Assembly (NCBI GenBank): GCA_026936335.1 | Contig: JAPMXV010000073.1 | Span: 162,431-226,430, forward strand | Length of the DNA: 64,000 nucleotides | Direction: 5' to 3' | Origin: Mantamonas sphyraenae STR306 | Lineage: Eukaryota; Protista; CRuMs | Part shown: positions 47,801 to 58,343 of the stretch, in pieces | How positions within the stretch are numbered: the stretch's first letter is position 1 | Layout: the number at the start of each line of letters is the position of its first letter | Made by a program: the position numbers and the translations under genes | Notes under the pieces: model-generated | Seen by the model: the letters and a program-made list of their open reading frames with translations, nothing else | The model's database searches: none | What the model was told of the DNA's origin: nothing

Positions 47801-48462
47801 GAGCAAGGGTGGCTGTGGTCCAGCTGGACGACGGCGGGGACTCGACAGGGGGCGTGGGAGGGCGGGGAAGGGGCCGGGAACGTACGTCCATGAAGCTGTC
47901 CTGCATGATGTCGAGAATGTCGCGCAGGCCGTTGTCGAGGTACCAGCCGAGCTTTGTGATGCGAGCGAGGAGGTGGATGATGGAGCGGCGGATGTTTGCA
48001 GGGACGTCCAGGCCGTTGCTTTGGAGATAGTCGACGAGGTAGTCGCGGATGACGACGCGATCGGCCGTGTCAAACAAGTTCCAGTGTTGGGTGATCTGCG
48101 ACGGGGTGGGAAGGAAAGAGGGGAAGGAAGGTGTGTAGGGGAAGGTTGGTGGGGGGGGGTAGAGGGGACGGGAGGGTGAGCGGGGAGGTAGGGAGGGCGA
48201 GGGGAACGGGGAGCGGGGAGCGGGAACGTACAAGGCCAGTGAGGCAGGTGATGGCGTAGGAGAGGGCGCTGACGTTTGTGGAGCGCTCAAGGACAAATTG
48301 GAGCTGAGGGATGAGGTTGGGCTCTTCGGTGTACTCTCTGAGGGCTTCTTCGGCCTCCTTTTGAGAGTGGCCGCTGACAAGCATGTCGGTGCACAGGGCC
48401 TCAAACTCTGCGAGCTGGTCATCAGACATCTGGCCGTCTTCGGACGGTCCGTTGTCGCTCAT
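44835..48462 (-). CDS. XPO7: Exportin-7/RanBP16 family protein; exons 48462-48232, 48095-47886, 47675-44835
   Basis: Motifs LAEFEALC, IRDYLVDYL, LARITKLGW, FREFCRLL.R...NF, YYLLQLWSRM, LRDLRGI, VTSPLLK, SPYGILLF, KYKGI..C, YINFSVFEIFED and RNRNTFHQNL..FR. Confidence 0.92.
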
Positions 48463-48568
48463 AGGGTGAAGTGGATGTGTGGTGAAGCGGGTGTGTGGTG
48501 TGAAAGTGGGTGAGGTTGTGGGTGGGAGTTGAGTTGAGCTGGGAGTGGGGGCGCATGAGCATTTGTCT

Positions 48569-49693
48569 TCATTGTGGCTGAGAGAGTTGGACTTTGCCAA
48601 CGTCATGGGTGGCAAGATGGTACTGCTGGGTGCCGGAGCTGTGCTGGAGGTTTGTCGGCTGCCAGGGCTCATGGTCGACGGTGAGGGAGAGGACCCAAAG
48701 GAACTGGCGGAGCCACATGAGGACGATATCGTCGAGGTGGTTGTCGAGCTTGTCTTCGTAGAGGGCGGCCTGCTGACGGACGTGGTCCATGTTGTACAGT
48801 TCGACCTCGAGCTCGTAGGAAAAGTGCTGGCCGGGGCTTTGGACAGTGGTGAGGTCGACGGCAACGAGGTTGTTGATGATGTAGCGCATTCGGTCCTTCC
48901 AACGCTCGTGGGTGACGCGGAGGACGCGGAGATTGTGGGTGGGGTGAGTGGTTTCCTGGCTGGCTGACACGCGCAGGTGCATGAGGTGACTGTCGGCACA
49001 GAGGACGTTGATATGTTCGAGCTTGCGCTTGGAGAGGGCGGTGCACTTTGTAAACTGCTGCTTGTTGCGTTGGTGAAAGGCGGCTTTCGGGTACTCGTAG
49101 GTGAGGCGGAGCTCGCCGGCAGGGGTCAGCACAGCCTGGTCGAGGTGGTACTCGTGGACGTACTTGACTTTGTGTTGGGCTGACACGAGTGTGTTGAGGT
49201 GTTGGTTGAGGTGTTTGAGGAGGCTGTGGTGGATGCCCGAGTGGAAGCGGAGGTTGCGGGGCTCCAGACCTACGCCGTGGCTCGACGTGAACCACACGGG
49301 GAGGGAGGAGAGGCGGAATTCGCCTAGTTTGCATTCGAATTCCACGTTGCCCATGTGGGCGTAGTCTAGGATGAGGTTTCGGGCGCGTGTGAGGAGGGAG
49401 GAAGGGATGGAGTCTTTGGGGATGGATGAGGTGACTGGGGACGGGAGGGAGAGGGGGGAGATGGTGGTGGTGGTGGTGGTGGTGGTGGTGGTGGTGGTGG
49501 TGGTGGTTGACGAGGAAGAGGAGGAGGAGGAGGAGGAGGAGGGTGTGGGATTTGGTTTTTGACGTTTGAGGGCTGGAGAGGAGGAGGAGGAGGAGGTGGT
49601 GGTGGTGGTGGTGGAAGAGGAGGCGGAGTTGGAACGGGGTGACGGTGGTTCGGAGGAGGAGGAGGATTCGTCTGGACGCTCTCGTTTGCTCAT
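48569..49693 (-). CDS. CET1: mRNA 5'-triphosphatase, Cet1/CYTH triphosphate-tunnel family, with a Ser/Thr low-complexity N-terminus
   Basis: Motif A VEFECKLG, RVSASQE, RWKDRMRY, VDLTTV, and motif C YELEVEL. Confidence 0.85.
   Translation of the reverse strand: MSKRERPDESSSSSEPPSPRSNSASSSTTTTTTSSSSSSPALKRQKPNPTPSSSSSSSSSSSTTTTTTTTTTTTTTTISPLSLPSPVTSSIPKDSIPSSLLTRARNLILDYAHMGNVEFECKLGEFRLSSLPVWFTSSHGVGLEPRNLRFHSGIHHSLLKHLNQHLNTLVSAQHKVKYVHEYHLDQAVLTPAGELRLTYEYPKAAFHQRNKQQFTKCTALSKRKLEHINVLCADSHLMHLRVSASQETTHPTHNLRVLRVTHERWKDRMRYIINNLVAVDLTTVQSPGQHFSYELEVELYNMDHVRQQAALYEDKLDNHLDDIVLMWLRQFLWVLSLTVDHEPWQPTNLQHSSGTQQYHLATHDVGKVQLSQPQ
49462..49625. repeat. (GGT)n/(GGA)n trinucleotide microsatellites encoding poly-Thr/poly-Ser
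   Basis: Directly visible within the Cet1-like ORF. Confidence 0.9.
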
Positions 49694-49794
49694 TTTGGGG
49701 CGGGGGTGTGGAGCGTGGAGCGTTGGAGGAGCCAACGCATCGGAGCGGAACTCCGCGGAGAGATAGAAACAAGAAGGGGAAAGAGTGAACGAGC

Positions 49795-51561
49795 ATGGCT
49801 GTACGACAAAGGCGTGGAGGGCAAACCGAGACGAGTGAGGGGAAAGAAGGAGAAATGGGACGCGCGGAACCGCAGGGACAGGCGTTGGCAGAGGAGACAG
49901 GGTTCCGGGAGCGGCAGGGAGTGATTGTGGTGGCATTGATTGTGTTTAGGGTGTGCAACGCACTGCTGATCCGGACGTTTTTCGATCCGGACGAGTACTG
50001 GCAGAGCGTGGAGGTGGCGCACCAGCAGGTGTTTGGGCGAGGCCTGTTGACGTGGGAATGGCGCGAGGCAATCCGAGGGTACTTGCACCCCGGCCTGTTT
50101 ACGTTGCTGTTCAAGGCGTTGCAGTGGGCAGGGTGGGACACGCGTGAGACGGTGTTGGCGGCCCCCAAAGTGCTGCAAGGGTGTTTCCAGGCGGCCGGGG
50201 ACTGGGCTGTGTATGTGCTGGCTTTTCGGCTGGCACGGGCGGCCGGGAAACCGTTCCTGGAGGCCAAGCGGGTGGCAAGGTGGAGTCTGTTGGCACAGAT
50301 TCTGAACTGGTTTGTTTACTACGCTGGCGTACGGACGTACAGCAACTCGTTGGAAGCGGTGCTGTGCACATTGGCACTGGCACGGCTGCCCGCAGAGCCG
50401 CTGGTGGGCAAGGCGACGAGACAGGGCGGGTGGAGTGGACTGGAGGGGATGCTTGTGGCGGCGTCGGCCATGCTGATCCGGCCGACGAACGCGGTGGTGT
50501 GGTTGTTTGTGGTGCCCAATCACTTGTGGGCGCTGTGGAAGGGAACGGGAAAGGCGAGCGCAGTGTTTGGGTTTGTGGTGAAGAGCGTGGTGCCCGCGGC
50601 GGTGGTGTTTGTGGCGGCGAGCGTGGCGGTGGATGCGCAGTTTTACGGGCGGGTGGTGCTGACGTGGTGGAACTTTGTGTCGTTCAATGTGCTGCATGCA
50701 GTGGGAGACTTTTATGGGACACATCCGTGGCATTGGTACGCGACGCAGGGGCTGCCTGCGGTGCTGGGGCCGCAGCTGCCGATGGTTGTGCTGGGAGTGC
50801 GCACAGGGGAATACCGGCGGCTGTTTTACGCGTGCGCGTGGTACACATGCGTGTTTAGTGCAATTGCACACAAGGAGTTCCGGTTCATGATGCCCATTGT
50901 GCCTTTGGCGATGGTGTGGGTGGGTTTGTGGCTGGCACGGGCAGACATTCGGAAGCTGCAGGCTGCCGTGTTGGCGATGCTGCTGCTGGGTGGCGGAGTG
51001 GCCATGTACACATCGCTGAGGCACCAACGGGGGACGATTGACGTGATGGATGCCCTGGCGAACGACGACCACTTTGGCAGTCTGAAGGAGGCGCACTTTC
51101 TGATGAACTGCCACTCGACGCCGTTCTATTCGCACATGCACACAAGCAAACGCATGCGGCAGTTGGACTGCACACCTCGGTTTGAGCCAGGGTACATGCA
51201 CGAGAGCGCGTGCTTTCACGCAAACCCAGTGGCGTTTATGTGCAGCCTGTACGCAGACATGAAGAGCGAATGGTGTCGTGGCGTGCGTGCGGAGGACACG
51301 TACTGTCGCGAGGTGACGCAGGCGCGGCTACGGGCGACAGAGACGCTGCCGTCGCACGTGGTGGTGTTTGGGTCCATGTTCAGGCAGATTGAGCGGGTGC
51401 TGACCGCGCATGACTACCACGTGTGGTATTCGTATCCGCATCGGGACATCGATGGAGAACGTGTGATTGTCATGCTCAAACTGGAGCCAGGTGCACGCAA
51501 GTCCTTGCAGGAGATCGTGAACACGGCGTTGGCGCATAGTGGCGCGGGCGCGGGCAAGTGA
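49795..51561 (+). CDS. PIGB: GPI mannosyltransferase 3 (PIG-B/Gpi10)
   Basis: Motifs RTFFDPDEYWQSVEVAH..VFG.G.LTWEW, RTYSNSLE, IRPTN, FYGTHPWHWY.TQG, HKEFRF, HQRG, and FLM.CHSTP.YSH.H...M..LDC. Confidence 0.95.
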   Translation: MAVRQRRGGQTETSEGKEGEMGRAEPQGQALAEETGFRERQGVIVVALIVFRVCNALLIRTFFDPDEYWQSVEVAHQQVFGRGLLTWEWREAIRGYLHPGLFTLLFKALQWAGWDTRETVLAAPKVLQGCFQAAGDWAVYVLAFRLARAAGKPFLEAKRVARWSLLAQILNWFVYYAGVRTYSNSLEAVLCTLALARLPAEPLVGKATRQGGWSGLEGMLVAASAMLIRPTNAVVWLFVVPNHLWALWKGTGKASAVFGFVVKSVVPAAVVFVAASVAVDAQFYGRVVLTWWNFVSFNVLHAVGDFYGTHPWHWYATQGLPAVLGPQLPMVVLGVRTGEYRRLFYACAWYTCVFSAIAHKEFRFMMPIVPLAMVWVGLWLARADIRKLQAAVLAMLLLGGGVAMYTSLRHQRGTIDVMDALANDDHFGSLKEAHFLMNCHSTPFYSHMHTSKRMRQLDCTPRFEPGYMHESACFHANPVAFMCSLYADMKSEWCRGVRAEDTYCREVTQARLRATETLPSHVVVFGSMFRQIERVLTAHDYHVWYSYPHRDIDGERVIVMLKLEPGARKSLQEIVNTALAHSGAGAGK

Positions 51562-51587
51562 ATGGACAGCAAAGGACGGTGAAAGCA

Positions 51588-54500
51588 ATGGAGGGTAGTT
51601 TGTATGGTCATAATGCAGAGTTTGTGGAGAGTAGCAGCGAGGAGTCTGGCACTCCGGAAGTGGCTGGAGGGGCAGAGGCCGCGCCGTCGCCAATGCAGGA
51701 AACGAGCTCCGGCTCCGGAACTTTGTACCACGCAGCGGGAAGTGCAGAGGAAGGGGCGAGTGCATTGAGCTCGTCGTCAGACATTGTCGGGGGGGGAAAG
51801 GAGATGCCAGTGAGCGGGTTCGCGCTGGACGGGGACGTGGCAGGAGCAGAGACGCTAGAGAGCGATCTCAGGCTGTGGATGGACGATTTTGAGAAGCTTG
51901 CCAAAGCGTTGACAGAAGCGACGGAAGAGGAAAAGAGGGCGGAGGCGCTGAAGGAAATGAGTGAGCTGGTGATGGAGTTTGCAAAGTTTCAGCGTGGACG
52001 TGGAGGGAAAGAACAAGAGGGCAGCGAGCGGGACTGGTGTGGGGAGTTTCGAGAACTGTTGTTGGTGGTGCAGAAAGGGGAGGCGGGTAGCGAGGAGCAC
52101 AGACGCGCGTGCAGGAGGCTGCAGCAGCTCGGGAGGGATCTTAAGGAAAAACGCGACGGGGGCGCAAGGGCGTTTCTGGACGAGAGCAAGCGGGACTGGA
52201 ATTCCGAGTTTCAGGAGCTGGTGGACAGGCTGGAAAAGGCGGATGAGACGGAGCGGGTAAGCGTGTACGGGCAGTTGAAGCAGCTGGGGAACGACTTTGT
52301 GCACTGCGCTCAGGTGTTTGGACGGGTGATCATCAGCGAGGTACACGTGCCGGAGGAGCGCAAGAGCATCCGGCCGGTGAAAACCACCGGGGTGGCCGGA
52401 GGGGAAAAGTACTCTGTGCAGAACATCTTTTTCAAGTTTGCGCTGGAAGGAGACGAGGAGATTTACGGGTCGGATGAAAACGCGAGCAAGGCGGCAGGGC
52501 ACGAGCTGCGCTGTTTGTCGACCGCATACGGGGCAGGCGTAAAGGGGATCCGGGTGCCATTGATGGCAGTTGTGGATTACAAGGGCTATCGTGTGGTGGC
52601 GGTGAGCGCGTTGCCGCTGGGCGAGGGTTCGCTGATCTACGGATCCAAGGAAGCATCGCAGAGGGATGGAAAGGTGCACGCGAGCGACGAGAGGTTTAAC
52701 AACTTGATGGAGGATCTGGGGCGTGAGCTGAATCTGGCAAAGCACACAGCGCGCGATGTGGAGATTGTGGGCCCGATCGACATCGAAGGCCATCGTGGCC
52801 AAGACGGTCGGTACTACCTGCTGGACTTTGCGCGGTTGATGCCTCCGCAACAGTACGAGGATACGGAGGATCCAAAGGGCGTGATGTACAAGATGTTGCG
52901 GCCGGAGTTTGTGAAGCGGGTGGAGTCGCCGTTGTGTAGTGATGCACTGACGAATTTCATGGCCAAGGGAGAGGAGGAGGAGCAGGCAAAGCGTGACATC
53001 GAGGCTGCAACGGAGAAGTTGAAGGCCGAGGTCGAGGAATATGGCAAAACGCTGAGTGAATGGGTGGACGGGGAGCAGCTGACCAGGGACATGCACAGGC
53101 ATGGGCTGAACATGCGGTATTTGGGATTGATGCGCAACTCGACGAGCGGAAAGGAGGCAGATGCAGCAGTGTTGGTGGAGATGGTGGCACGTGTTGTGAA
53201 GCAATGGCTGAGGCGGCAGATGCGGGAGAAGATGGAAACGAGCAGCTCGCCGATGGAGGAGGAGTTGAGACGTGTGGTGGTGGACACATTGAACATGCTG
53301 ATGGAAGGACATGCGTGGGAGGAGCTACACGCGCAGATGCGGGCCAAGTACGGGGAGAGCGGCGGCAAAGGCGTGGAGGAAGTGGATGTGGGCAAGGTGG
53401 TGCGTAGGCTGCAGCAGATGGGCGCTGTGCAACTTGAAGCGTCTGCACTGGAGCTAGTGGGCGTGGAGAGTGGTTTTGTGCTCGTGGACGCGGACGTGGA
53501 GGCCCTGGGAGGACGGGTGAAGCACATGAGTGTGGTGGACGTGGCGACGGGCATGGTGCTTGCCGCGGATGCAATGCGTGCGTCGGGTTCACAGGCTGTG
53601 CGTGTGTGCAAGCTCGCAGGAAACCGGTTCGAAGCCAGTCGCGTACGCAGCACAGAGGTGGTGCTAGAGTGGGCGCACGTCCTGATGCGGCAGGGAGAGG
53701 TGGCGCAGGATATCGGAGCGTTTGACAAGGCGTTGGAGATGATGCGTGAACTGGATCTGCCCAAAGGGCAGGCAGAGTGCCACATGGGCAAGCGACAGGT
53801 GTATCTGGATCAAGGCAAGTACATAGAAGCAGAGGAGGAGCAGAGGCTTGCGGCGGAGCTGGACGCGCAGCACTCGGAGGCAGAGGTGGTGATTGAAGGG
53901 TGGCCGAAGCGTGTCAAGCCCACCTGGCTTTGGGAGAACGCGGATGGACAGGTGTGCGTGAGTCGGCGGGGCTATGAGGTGCTGCGTGATGCTGCAGCGG
54001 CCTATTTGGGCGTAGAGACGAGGAATCTCGGCAAGGATGAGAAGGTGATTGCCACCACGTTGAAGTGCTCCTTGTTGATGTTTACGTACGCGGGTGACGA
54101 TGCGATAGAAAGCCATGTGGAGACACCGGAGGGAGTCTCGGAAGGCGGTGTGGAGGTGGTGCTGGCACAGCACAGGGAGACTGGGCTGTGGCATCTGGTG
54201 TGGTGGAGCGAGGAGAGTGGCGACGCATACATGGCGTATCTGGAGGATGTGATCAAGGAGAACTCACTCGGTAGTCGGTTGGAACGCGTTGCGGTGGCAC
54301 CGTTTGCGCGTCGGCTGTGCGCGGAGAAGAAGTTGAGCGCACGCAATCGGAGGTTGAAGTGGGCATGTAGTCAAGGTCGAGTGGAGGTTGTGAAGGCGTG
54401 CAGGGAGTATGTGGACGAGTTGGTACTGTGGAAGCAGATGGCAAAGCGCACGGTGGATGCGAACAGCGTCGAGACGCTGTTGGCGCTTGGGGAACCCGTG

Positions 54501-54911
54501 GGTACAGCACGAGACGCTATGGTGAAGGCAGTGACCGAGGTGCTGAAGTACGCGGCAAAGGCGCTGAAGGACGTGAATGGTGAGCTGATGCAAGTGGACG
54601 GGGGTTTTGTGCATGTGTTGGCTGGATGGGGAGGCAACGTGCATGAAGACGAGAGTGAAAAGGGCGTGCTGGAGTTGGCGGCACTGTCGGTAAACCCAGA
54701 CTGTGTACAGGCAGTGTTGGATCTGGAGGGCGAGTGGGAGGGGGACACGGTGCACGCTGTGTTGCAGAAGATGACCACCCATTCAGACCCATCGAGTCCC
54801 AAGGAGCACAAGAAGGCCATTGCAGTGATGCTGGAAGGACAAGGAGCAAAATTGGCCGAGTTGAAAGACACGGAAAGACGTCGGCTTGGATTTGAGACAG
54901 CGTCCGGATGA
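51588..54911 (+). CDS. Clu (clustered-mitochondria)-domain protein with TPR/ANK-like C-terminal segments
   Basis: Motifs RDWNSEFQ, DFVHCAQVFGRVIISE, GVAGGEKY.VQNIFFKFA, ASKAAGHELR, VVDYKGYRVVA, LIYGS, DIEGHRGQDGRYYLLDFARLMPP, LRPEFV and MHRHGLNMRYLG. Confidence 0.85.
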   Translation: MEGSLYGHNAEFVESSSEESGTPEVAGGAEAAPSPMQETSSGSGTLYHAAGSAEEGASALSSSSDIVGGGKEMPVSGFALDGDVAGAETLESDLRLWMDDFEKLAKALTEATEEEKRAEALKEMSELVMEFAKFQRGRGGKEQEGSERDWCGEFRELLLVVQKGEAGSEEHRRACRRLQQLGRDLKEKRDGGARAFLDESKRDWNSEFQELVDRLEKADETERVSVYGQLKQLGNDFVHCAQVFGRVIISEVHVPEERKSIRPVKTTGVAGGEKYSVQNIFFKFALEGDEEIYGSDENASKAAGHELRCLSTAYGAGVKGIRVPLMAVVDYKGYRVVAVSALPLGEGSLIYGSKEASQRDGKVHASDERFNNLMEDLGRELNLAKHTARDVEIVGPIDIEGHRGQDGRYYLLDFARLMPPQQYEDTEDPKGVMYKMLRPEFVKRVESPLCSDALTNFMAKGEEEEQAKRDIEAATEKLKAEVEEYGKTLSEWVDGEQLTRDMHRHGLNMRYLGLMRNSTSGKEADAAVLVEMVARVVKQWLRRQMREKMETSSSPMEEELRRVVVDTLNMLMEGHAWEELHAQMRAKYGESGGKGVEEVDVGKVVRRLQQMGAVQLEASALELVGVESGFVLVDADVEALGGRVKHMSVVDVATGMVLAADAMRASGSQAVRVCKLAGNRFEASRVRSTEVVLEWAHVLMRQGEVAQDIGAFDKALEMMRELDLPKGQAECHMGKRQVYLDQGKYIEAEEEQRLAAELDAQHSEAEVVIEGWPKRVKPTWLWENADGQVCVSRRGYEVLRDAAAAYLGVETRNLGKDEKVIATTLKCSLLMFTYAGDDAIESHVETPEGVSEGGVEVVLAQHRETGLWHLVWWSEESGDAYMAYLEDVIKENSLGSRLERVAVAPFARRLCAEKKLSARNRRLKWACSQGRVEVVKACREYVDELVLWKQMAKRTVDANSVETLLALGEPVGTARDAMVKAVTEVLKYAAKALKDVNGELMQVDGGFVHVLAGWGGNVHEDESEKGVLELAALSVNPDCVQAVLDLEGEWEGDTVHAVLQKMTTHSDPSSPKEHKKAIAVMLEGQGAKLAELKDTERRRLGFETASG

Positions 54912-54958
54912 GTCCGGAGGAGATCCGGAGGCGAACCGGACATGAAATGCAGACTCGC

Positions 54959-55894
54959 CTACAAGATGTCGGGAGAGGATCCAGAGTCGTCGTTTTCGTC
55001 GTTGGTGAAGGCATAGAAGGCAGCGGCGCCGGCGGCGACGAGGCTTGCCGCGAGTCCTGCGTAGAGGAGGGTGTTGGAGGAGGACTTGGCGGGTGCAACG
55101 GAGCCGTCGGTGTCGGGAACAATGATGATGGCCTTGGGCATCTCGCCATCCCAGGGCCAGAGGACCTCGGAGGTGGTCTTTGCGGCGGAAAAGTAGGCGT
55201 TGGTGAGGCCAAGGCGCTCGAGGACCCAGACGTCGGTGACAAAGCGCTGCCAGGGGTCGTCGTCCTTGTATCCGTCCTTGCGTGTGTAGACAACGTCTTG
55301 GGGCTCGAGGGTGGTGTCTGGAACGTAGTTGATGACGACGGCCTTTTCGGCGTGTTCGCCCTTGAGGGTCTGGGAAGCACCCTTGGGGTTGGGGCCGTCG
55401 AGGAGCTTCTTTTGAACATCGTAAAAGTCAAAGTTGGGCTTTTCGTGGGCGTCACCGAGCTCGTTGGCGTTCCAAAGCGAGTCGAAGAATCCGCAGCCGG
55501 AGAGTTTTTCGTGGTTGGCGGTGAGGTGGTCCTCGTGGACGGCAGGTGTATAGCCCTGTGCGGAAATGTCGTCAATGACGGCGTCGATACCGTTGAGGTT
55601 TGTGACGCCACGCATGGCGGCTACACCGAGGGTACCGCCAAGGATCTTTGGACCCGGGGCGTCGTTGGGGTGTTCGGCAGGACGGCCGTCGACACATTGC
55701 AGGAGGCCGTCTTTGGCAACATTGACGAGCGTGAGGTTGAGGCGGGAGGCGTCGAGGCCCGTGGAGGAGAGGGTGGGGTTGGGCAGTTTGGAGGAGGGGA
55801 CGATGTCCACCTGCCATCCTGCGTGGGTCAGGATGGTTTTCAGTTGCTTTGGGGTGTAGATGGAGGTGGGTTGTTGGGATGAGGATTGGCTCAT
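54959..55894 (-). CDS. CDCA1: Zeta-class (CDCA1-like, cadmium/zinc) carbonic anhydrase, single domain with a C-terminal TM anchor, 311 aa
   Basis: Collinear with the diatom CDCA1 repeat as recalled: GW..DIV, GLLQCVDGR, GPKILGG...A..RGVT, G..PAVH.DH, GCGFF..W, H.EK.V.IN....TLEP, QRFVTD.W, A.IIVP. The hydrophobic tail is LLYAGLAASLVAAGAAAFYAF. Confidence 0.85.
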   Translation of the reverse strand: MSQSSSQQPTSIYTPKQLKTILTHAGWQVDIVPSSKLPNPTLSSTGLDASRLNLTLVNVAKDGLLQCVDGRPAEHPNDAPGPKILGGTLGVAAMRGVTNLNGIDAVIDDISAQGYTPAVHEDHLTANHEKLSGCGFFDSLWNANELGDAHEKPNFDFYDVQKKLLDGPNPKGASQTLKGEHAEKAVVINYVPDTTLEPQDVVYTRKDGYKDDDPWQRFVTDVWVLERLGLTNAYFSAAKTTSEVLWPWDGEMPKAIIIVPDTDGSVAPAKSSSNTLLYAGLAASLVAAGAAAFYAFTNDENDDSGSSPDIL

Positions 55895-55962
55895 GGTGGG
55901 CAGAGGCGGGGTTGGGTTGGGTGGGGTGGGGATGAGGCGATGGCGTGACCAGGTTTGGTGTG

Positions 55963-57347
55963 ATGAGTGGGAGCTTGCGTGTTCGTGCAGCGATGGAGTG
56001 TATGGTGAGGGGTGTGCCTGTTGCGTGGTCAGAGTTGACAATGGAGGAGGCGCAGGTCGTCGGCGGGTGGTTGAAGGGCAACAAGTGCGTAGAGAGGCTG
56101 TGGTTGACAAACAATGCCTTTCGCAACGATCGCGTGACGATGTTGGATGTGTTGCTAGGGGTGGAGAGCTGTGTGAGGGAGCTGGTTCTGCGGAACAACA
56201 ATTTGGGGGCGGAAGGCGCGCACGTGGTTGCGCAAGCCTTGCTGCAGCTCGTTAGCCTGGAGAAAGTGGATGTGGACTCGAACAGATTGGGGAAGGATGG
56301 CGGACGTGTGCTGGCTGAGGCGCTCAAGGTGAATGAGGCTCTGGAGGAGCTGCATCTGGCGCTGAACCAGCTGGGCGAGCGTGGGGCCCAAGCTTTGGCA
56401 GAGGGCTTGTGTGTGAACAGGACGCTCGTGTATTTGGACCTTAGGGGGAATGGATTGGGGGATGAAGGTGCAATGGCGTTGGCGGGAGCCCTGAGGGCAA
56501 GTAGCGGGCTTCGGGCTTTGGATTTGTCGATCAACTGGATCGGAGACGATGGTGCTGTGGAACTGGGCGGCGCGATGGCAAAGAATGCCGGGTTACAGGA
56601 GCTGCTGTTGTGCAACAATGGAATTGGGGACAAAGGGGCGGCAGCGCTGGCTGGTGGGCTGCTGAAGAATTCGACGTTGCAGGTTTTGGATCTCCGTGAC
56701 AACGCAGTGGGTTTCAAGGGCGCAAGTGCGTTGGAAGAGGCGCTGAAAGTGAACAAGAAATGCTGGGGGATTGTTGGGGTGGAGGAAGAGGGGCTGATGA
56801 GGCTGGTGGAGGAGAATCAGGACATGGCAATTGCGTTTTGGGAAGCAGGACAGCGTGGAGACACAGTGTTGATGGAAAGGCTTTTGCGGTGGGGCGTGTG
56901 TGTGGATGCAATTGCAGAGGGTAAGGCGGTTTTGGATGAAGCCGTGTTTGGGAGGCAGGAAGAGGTTGTGGAGGTGTTGAGGGCGTGGGGTGCGACGCCA
57001 AGTGTGGAGACGGTGAAGATGGTGAGGAAGGCAGGGTGGAAGAGGGAGTGGCATTGGATAGGGTGGGGTGCGGAGGTGGATGAGGCGATGGAGGTGGCGT
57101 TGGTGATGAATGGGGAGGAGAGGGAGGCGATGTTTGCGTGTGGGGGGATGGATGATATGTGGAGGAGAGTGGGTGGGGAGGGTGGGTGACGTTGCCAGAT
57201 GAGGTGATGGAGAGGGTGATTGGGTGGGTGGGGAGGGGCGTCGTGACGGCGAGGGTCGCTGATGTGGGGTCAGCGGGGAGGAGGAAGCGCGAGAGAGGAG
57301 GGGAGGAAGAGGAGGTGGAGAAGAGGCAACGTGTGGAGGAGGAGTGA
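55963..57347 (+). CDS. Divergent, apparently intronless LRR-ANK-F-box-like protein, copy 12 (~8 LRRs), with a 1-nt frameshift at ~57155 (pseudogene or assembly error)
   Basis: The ORF reads to MFACGGMDD and then loses homology. The family tail GWVTLPDEVMERVIGWVG continues in another frame (57159-57347). Confidence 0.75.
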
Positions 57348-57373
57348 GCAGTGGGGGTTGCAGCGCATGGCAT

Positions 57374-58100
57374 TCAATTCACTCCACGAAACAATCGTCT
57401 CTTCATTCCCCCTTCTCGTCGTCCGCATCCACGCCCAACACCCTCTCCACCGCCCTGCACTCCCTCTCGACCAACTCCATCAGCACTGGCCCCTCCATCG
57501 ACGGCAAACACCGACTCGCCGCCGCGTACGCGGCCTTGAATCTCGCCGACCCCTTGAACGACCGCAGCGTGTGCACAACCTCGCCCAGCTGCGGTGGAGG
57601 TGAAGCGCAGAAAGGGGAAGGAGGAGGCGATGGAAGAGGTGGGGAGGGTTGTGGGGAAGGTGGTGGCCGGCAGGGAGGTGTATGGAGTGTTGAAGAAGGC
57701 GCATGCGGAAGTCGGGGAGGAGGAGCTGCGGAAGGCGGCGGAGGTGTTGGGAAGGGTGGCGAAGGGGGAGGGGATGGAAGGGGTGGAGGAGGTGGAGGAG
57801 GTGGTGAGGGTGTTGAGGAAAGTGGTGACAAAAGGGAAGAGGGCGTGGGTGGGGGAGATGTTGATCGAAGGTGAGGGGAAGTGGGTGGAGACGGTGTTGG
57901 GGGTGAGAGGTGGGAGTGGGGTGATGAAGGTGAAGAAGGGGGAGAAGGGAGGAGAGGGAAAGGAGGAAATTGAGTTGAAGGTGGTGGAGGGTGGGGAGGG
58001 GGAGGAGGAGGAGGAGGAAGAGGGAGAGAAATGAAGATGATCCGCTGGTGGAGGCACCCAGGGTGGAGATTGGTCGCAGGTCATGGATGCAGTGTTGCGT
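57374..58100 (-). CDS. Possible short hypothetical gene; frame and structure unresolved
   Basis: The protein-like 3' segment LGEVVHTLRSFKGSARFKAAYAAASRCL..LVERECRAVERVLG ends GAATGAA at 57403, after a candidate CAG acceptor (57589). The region has the C-rich 5' to G-rich 3' polarity seen in other genes here. Confidence 0.3.
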
Positions 58101-58343
58101 GGAGGGTCATTTATGAACAGTGATTGGGTGTGTGTGTGTGTGACGGCGGGGAAGAGGCTGAGCGCTCTTTTCCGCTGTGCGGAGGTGCATCCAACGCATA
58201 TTGCACATACACACACAGAGCTTGGAACAGTCATAGGGTAGGGAAGGGTGGGGGGTCGGGGACTTGTGCACGTGTGTGGTAGAAAGAGAGTCACGGAAAG
58301 AGAGGACGCAGAAGGCTGACACTCATGAGCAATCGCAGGAAAT

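Noticed and set aside
57594-58034. Plus-strand E/V/G/K-rich 146-aa ORF
   Set aside because: Low complexity, no recognisable motif, and explicable as the shadow of C-rich minus-strand sequence; cannot be supported.
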